Source of the DNA: Octopus sinensis
Lineage: Eukaryota
Direction: 5' to 3'
Assembly: GCF_006345805.1 (NCBI RefSeq)
Contig: NC_043011.1
Coordinates: forward strand, 23,944,464-24,008,463
DNA length: 64,000 bases
Shown: piece after piece, positions 63,560 through 64,000 of the stretch
How the letters are laid out: the number at the start of each line of letters is the position of its first letter
How positions within the stretch are numbered: the first letter of the stretch is position 1
Made by a program: the position numbers and the translations under genes
Notes under the pieces: model-generated
What the model saw: only the letters and a program-made list of their open reading frames with translations
Told to the model about the DNA's origin: nothing
Database searches by the model: none

Positions 63560-64000
63560 TTCCGATATGCAAAGATCTCAGCGTCTATTTGTTGTGTTAT
63601 AAGAGGTTGTTTTTGTGAGTATACGCCAGTTTAAGCTAAAATCTATTTTTTTATCCTTAAGTCTGCAAATGTATATACTTAGCCCAGTTGAGCTAGCCTT
63701 ATTCCTACTTCTGAAGCTCGATTGGTGTGCATTATATCTGAGATTATAAATTCTTTTAGATAACTGAGAAGAAGAACTACCTATATATATATAAAAAAAG
63801 ACATCGGTACCTGAAGTAATTTTACACTGGTATATAGAGTTTTTAATGTTAGAATTACTTGACATAAACTTAATTCTGTTGGAATTGACTTCAGAGACAA
63901 TAACCTTGTTATTAATATTTCTAGGGGGATGGATGGTATTAGCTAAATGTTAGTATTAGTAAATGGATTCTTATTTAACAGGCTAATATTATGTGAGGAG
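63560..64000 (-). pseudogene. PLE linker and GIY-YIG relic (related to the 52-kb family), running off the window
   Basis: SSHNISLL(fs)...NKVIVSEVNSNRIKFMSSNSNIKNSIYQCKITSGTDVF..YIGSSSSQLSKRI...STGLSIYICRLK..NWRIL. Confidence 0.88.

Overview
AT-rich, repeat-saturated animal genomic DNA with no host protein-coding exon I can support. From the SINE families and the very long (TA)n/(CA)n tracts it is most likely an octopod cephalopod (inference from memory of such repeats, not a database match). There is a 100-N scaffold gap at 14075-14174. Many 1-bp indels between near-identical repeat copies suggest a noisy long-read consensus. Contents: about 20 tRNA-derived SINE copies of four families; Helitrons (three Rep/helicase fragments and four copies of a ~395-bp non-autonomous element); a Tc1 element with IR/DR ends; a pogo/Tigger relic; a piggyBac relic; hAT and mariner MITEs; RTE, CR1-like and R4/Dong-like LINE 3' fragments; a complete non-coding LTR element (tRNA-Trp PBS, PPT, 4-bp TSD); and at least five Penelope-like (PLE) coding relics. 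The main result is an abundance of type I hammerhead ribozyme motifs (about 14, of which about 8 are intact or nearly so). One of them lies in a ~425-bp tandem repeat (15548-16473) whose cleavage-to-cleavage monomer folds into a nested rod, the architecture of a metazoan retrozyme (self-cleaving, circRNA-producing non-autonomous retroelement). All folds were derived by eye and none is experimentally verified.
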